NCBI RefSeq assembly: GCF_001194135.2
Contig: NC_069004.1
Coordinates: 8,639,209 to 8,703,199, forward strand
Source: Octopus bimaculoides
Lineage: Eukaryota
DNA: 63,991 nt
Reading direction: 5' to 3'
Part shown: positions 61,785-63,991 of the stretch, one piece after another
Position numbering within the stretch: the stretch's first letter is position 1
How the letters are laid out: every line of letters begins with the position of its first letter
Position numbers and translations under genes: made by a program
Notes under the pieces: model-generated
The model's database searches: none
Told to the model about the DNA's origin: nothing
The model's input: only the letters and a program-made list of their open reading frames with translations

Positions 61785-62245
61785 TCACACGTATGCCAAC
61801 AGCTCCATAAAGAAGTGCTGATCTCTCAAAGTAGATGGAACATGCAGAAGTGGGTGATCCAAGAAGACATGGGATGAAGTACTGAAGAATAATCTCAGGA
61901 CACTGAGGCTTTCAGTGAGATGACAAAGGACCGGGATGCCTGGCATCTTGCTGTGCTCAAGAAGACCAGTGCTCCACCACAGAAATGCTGAGCCTATACC
62001 TCCTGGTGGAGAAGATTGAGCTCCAAGAGTCCTTCTGCCGGTGTCATATAAAAGCAGCCATGCTGTGCCATGTAAAATCACCCAGCACACTCTGTAAAGC
62101 AGTTGGTGTTAGGAAGGACATCCAGTCATAGAAACTATGCCAAATCAGACTGGAGTTTGGGGCAACTTTCTGGCTTGTCAGCTCTAGTCAAACCTTCCAA
62201 CCTATGCCAGTATGGACTGTTGATGTTAAATGATGATGATGATGA
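61785..62245 (+). mobile_element. RTE LINE 3' end (RT C-terminus + 3' UTR + (GAT)n)
   Basis: ..SIKKC*SLKVDGTCRSG*SKKTWDEVLKNNLR.., homologous to 14700-14880, followed by the common 3' repeat. Confidence 0.75.
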
Positions 62246-63184
62246 TAATGATGATGATGATGATGTTTCCGTTTGTTTGTTTTTCCCCATTGTTACTTAG
62301 AAGAGGAGGATAAGGAAGGCAGCACCCACTCCACCTGTGGCCTTCCAGCTGTATTTATTTATTTATTTATGTTGTAGATCTAGGAACACATTTGTTATTA
62401 TTTAATTAAATTTATCCCCAGTTTTTTTTTTTTAAAGATGGCAGAAGGTTTGTTTTGAGGAAGATTTGTGAGTGTGCAAGGCCTAATGGTTAAGGTGCTG
62501 TGCTCATGATTGCAGGATCAAAATTTCAACTCCCACACTGGGTGCTACCTTGAGATTTTGAATGAAAAACTTCCATTTCATGTTGCACCAATCCACTCAT
62601 CTGTAAAAGATTTCCAGCAATAATTGGGAAGTTAACCCTCTGGTGGACTGGCATCTCATCCAGGCGGGATAGTGTTGTAATTGTAGCCATTTAAAATGTC
62701 ATAAAAACTGAGTCAATCTCCAACCTAATGAGTCATAGGGCTCATAACAGATCTAAATGTAAGTAAGAGGGTGTGTTTTGAGGAAGATTTGGCTCCTATT
62801 TCTAACAGGTCAAGAGACCACAGAGAAGTTGCCTCATTCACTTAAAGTCAGAGTTTGTTTATTTCAGTAAGTAATTGGTAGGAAAAAAACCCCCCACAAA
62901 AAAAGACTAAAGAAAAATTTATTGTAAATGTTTGGATGTAAAGAATTAAAACAAGGAGTACTTTATTTGTGCAATAAGAAACCCACGAAAAATCCTCCGA
63001 CTTAACCCCGTCCCCCAAATAAATAAATAGATGAATAAAAAAAAAAAAGAAATTAAAGAAAGCAATAAAATACATTGAATAAAGATTAAAAAAATGAACA
63101 AAAATCAAAAACGTAAACAGAAGCTGTAACTGAATATTCAGAGAAAACAAACTCATAATAATAATAATAATAATAATAATGATA

Positions 63185-63225
<41 letters not shown>

Positions 63226-63476
63226 AATAATGATGATGATGATGATGATGATGATGATAATAATAATAATAATAATAATAATAATATGAATAAATTGAAA
63301 TTCATTGAGAAATGTTTTCTTGGCATGACATGTAATACATTAAGACTGGTTTTTAATTAATTTCAACAGCTAAGAATAAATTAGAGAAGAATTAAATAGG
63401 AAAGAATTATGTGCCTACGCTTGCCTGGCTGTTCTCTGGGAAAAGTCTTGAAATAATACTTGCTGTGTTTATCCAT

Positions 63477-63565
<89 letters not shown>

Positions 63566-63816
63566 TGTGTGTCGGGTATATAAATGCTAAATTTAAAAGC
63601 AATGTTAAGAATCACAGCTGAATATTGGTGTCGGGATTCAATTAATTTTGTGTGGAATTTTAAAGTTTCACCTGAGAGCTTATATGCAAACACTAGTTGA
63701 ATAAACTATCAGAGGAAACTTAGAGGCCCGACCAAAACTGAATAATGTATATGTATGTAATTTGTTGTGCCTAGAAAGAGAGTCATCATGCCAATATAAT
63801 TAACACACACACTGGT

Positions 63817-63870
63817 TCAATTCCACTCATTTACTAAATAATCAGATGCTTAGTAAATGAGTGGAATTGA
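63817..63870. repeat. Perfect 21-bp inverted repeat with a 12-nt loop
   Basis: TCAATTCCACTCATTTACTAA (63817-63837) / TTAGTAAATGAGTGGAATTGA (63850-63870). Confidence 0.95.
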
Positions 63871-63991
63871 GCAAAATTTGTTTCAACACATGAATTCAAA
63901 TAAAGAATCTTGCTAACCAAATACAAAAATGAAATATGTATGGATGTGTGTATATATATATATATATACACACACACATACACACACACAC

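Noticed and set aside
1714-63693. Many ORFs of poly-H/T/C/V/Y/I/S/L/E/R composition and X-rich ORFs
   Set aside because: They are translations of (CA)n, (TA)n, (GA)n, (CAT)n and (CT)n microsatellites or read-through of N-gaps

Overview
Eukaryotic, AT-rich, microsatellite- and SINE-laden draft sequence with 13 N-gaps. The repeat landscape suggests an octopus/cephalopod genome, but this is inference only. The window is dominated by one minus-strand fibrillin gene. I traced 48 coding exons by hand from 48889 down to 129, about 6.04 kb or 2,010 codons. All junctions are phase 1 and the frame is continuous. Domain order: EGF3-hyb1-2 cbEGF-TB1-EGF4-4 cbEGF-TB2-3 cbEGF-hyb2-cbEGF-TB3-12 cbEGF-TB4-2 cbEGF-TB5-6 EGF-TB6-3 cbEGF. 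The gene continues off the left edge, and its N-terminal exons are not visible in 48.9-64 kb. Differences from human FBN1 (human sequence recalled from memory): no Pro/Gly hinge, no TB4 RGD, a calcium-consensus-dead EGF after a shortened TB5 completed by a 39-nt microexon, six rather than seven visible EGFs between TB5 and TB6, an apparent cbEGF4/5 order swap, and a GC-AG intron. Introns hold mariner, RTE, R4/Dong-like, piggyBac-type and SINE remnants. They also hold a ~150-bp inverted repeat with hammerhead-ribozyme-like motifs (Penelope-like), a ~300-bp direct duplication flanking one exon, a 7 x ~101-bp array and a perfect 21-bp hairpin. Most ORFs in the supplied track are simple-repeat or intron read-through artefacts. 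No prokaryotic systems or CRISPR arrays are present. TE boundaries are approximate and nothing was confirmed by database search.
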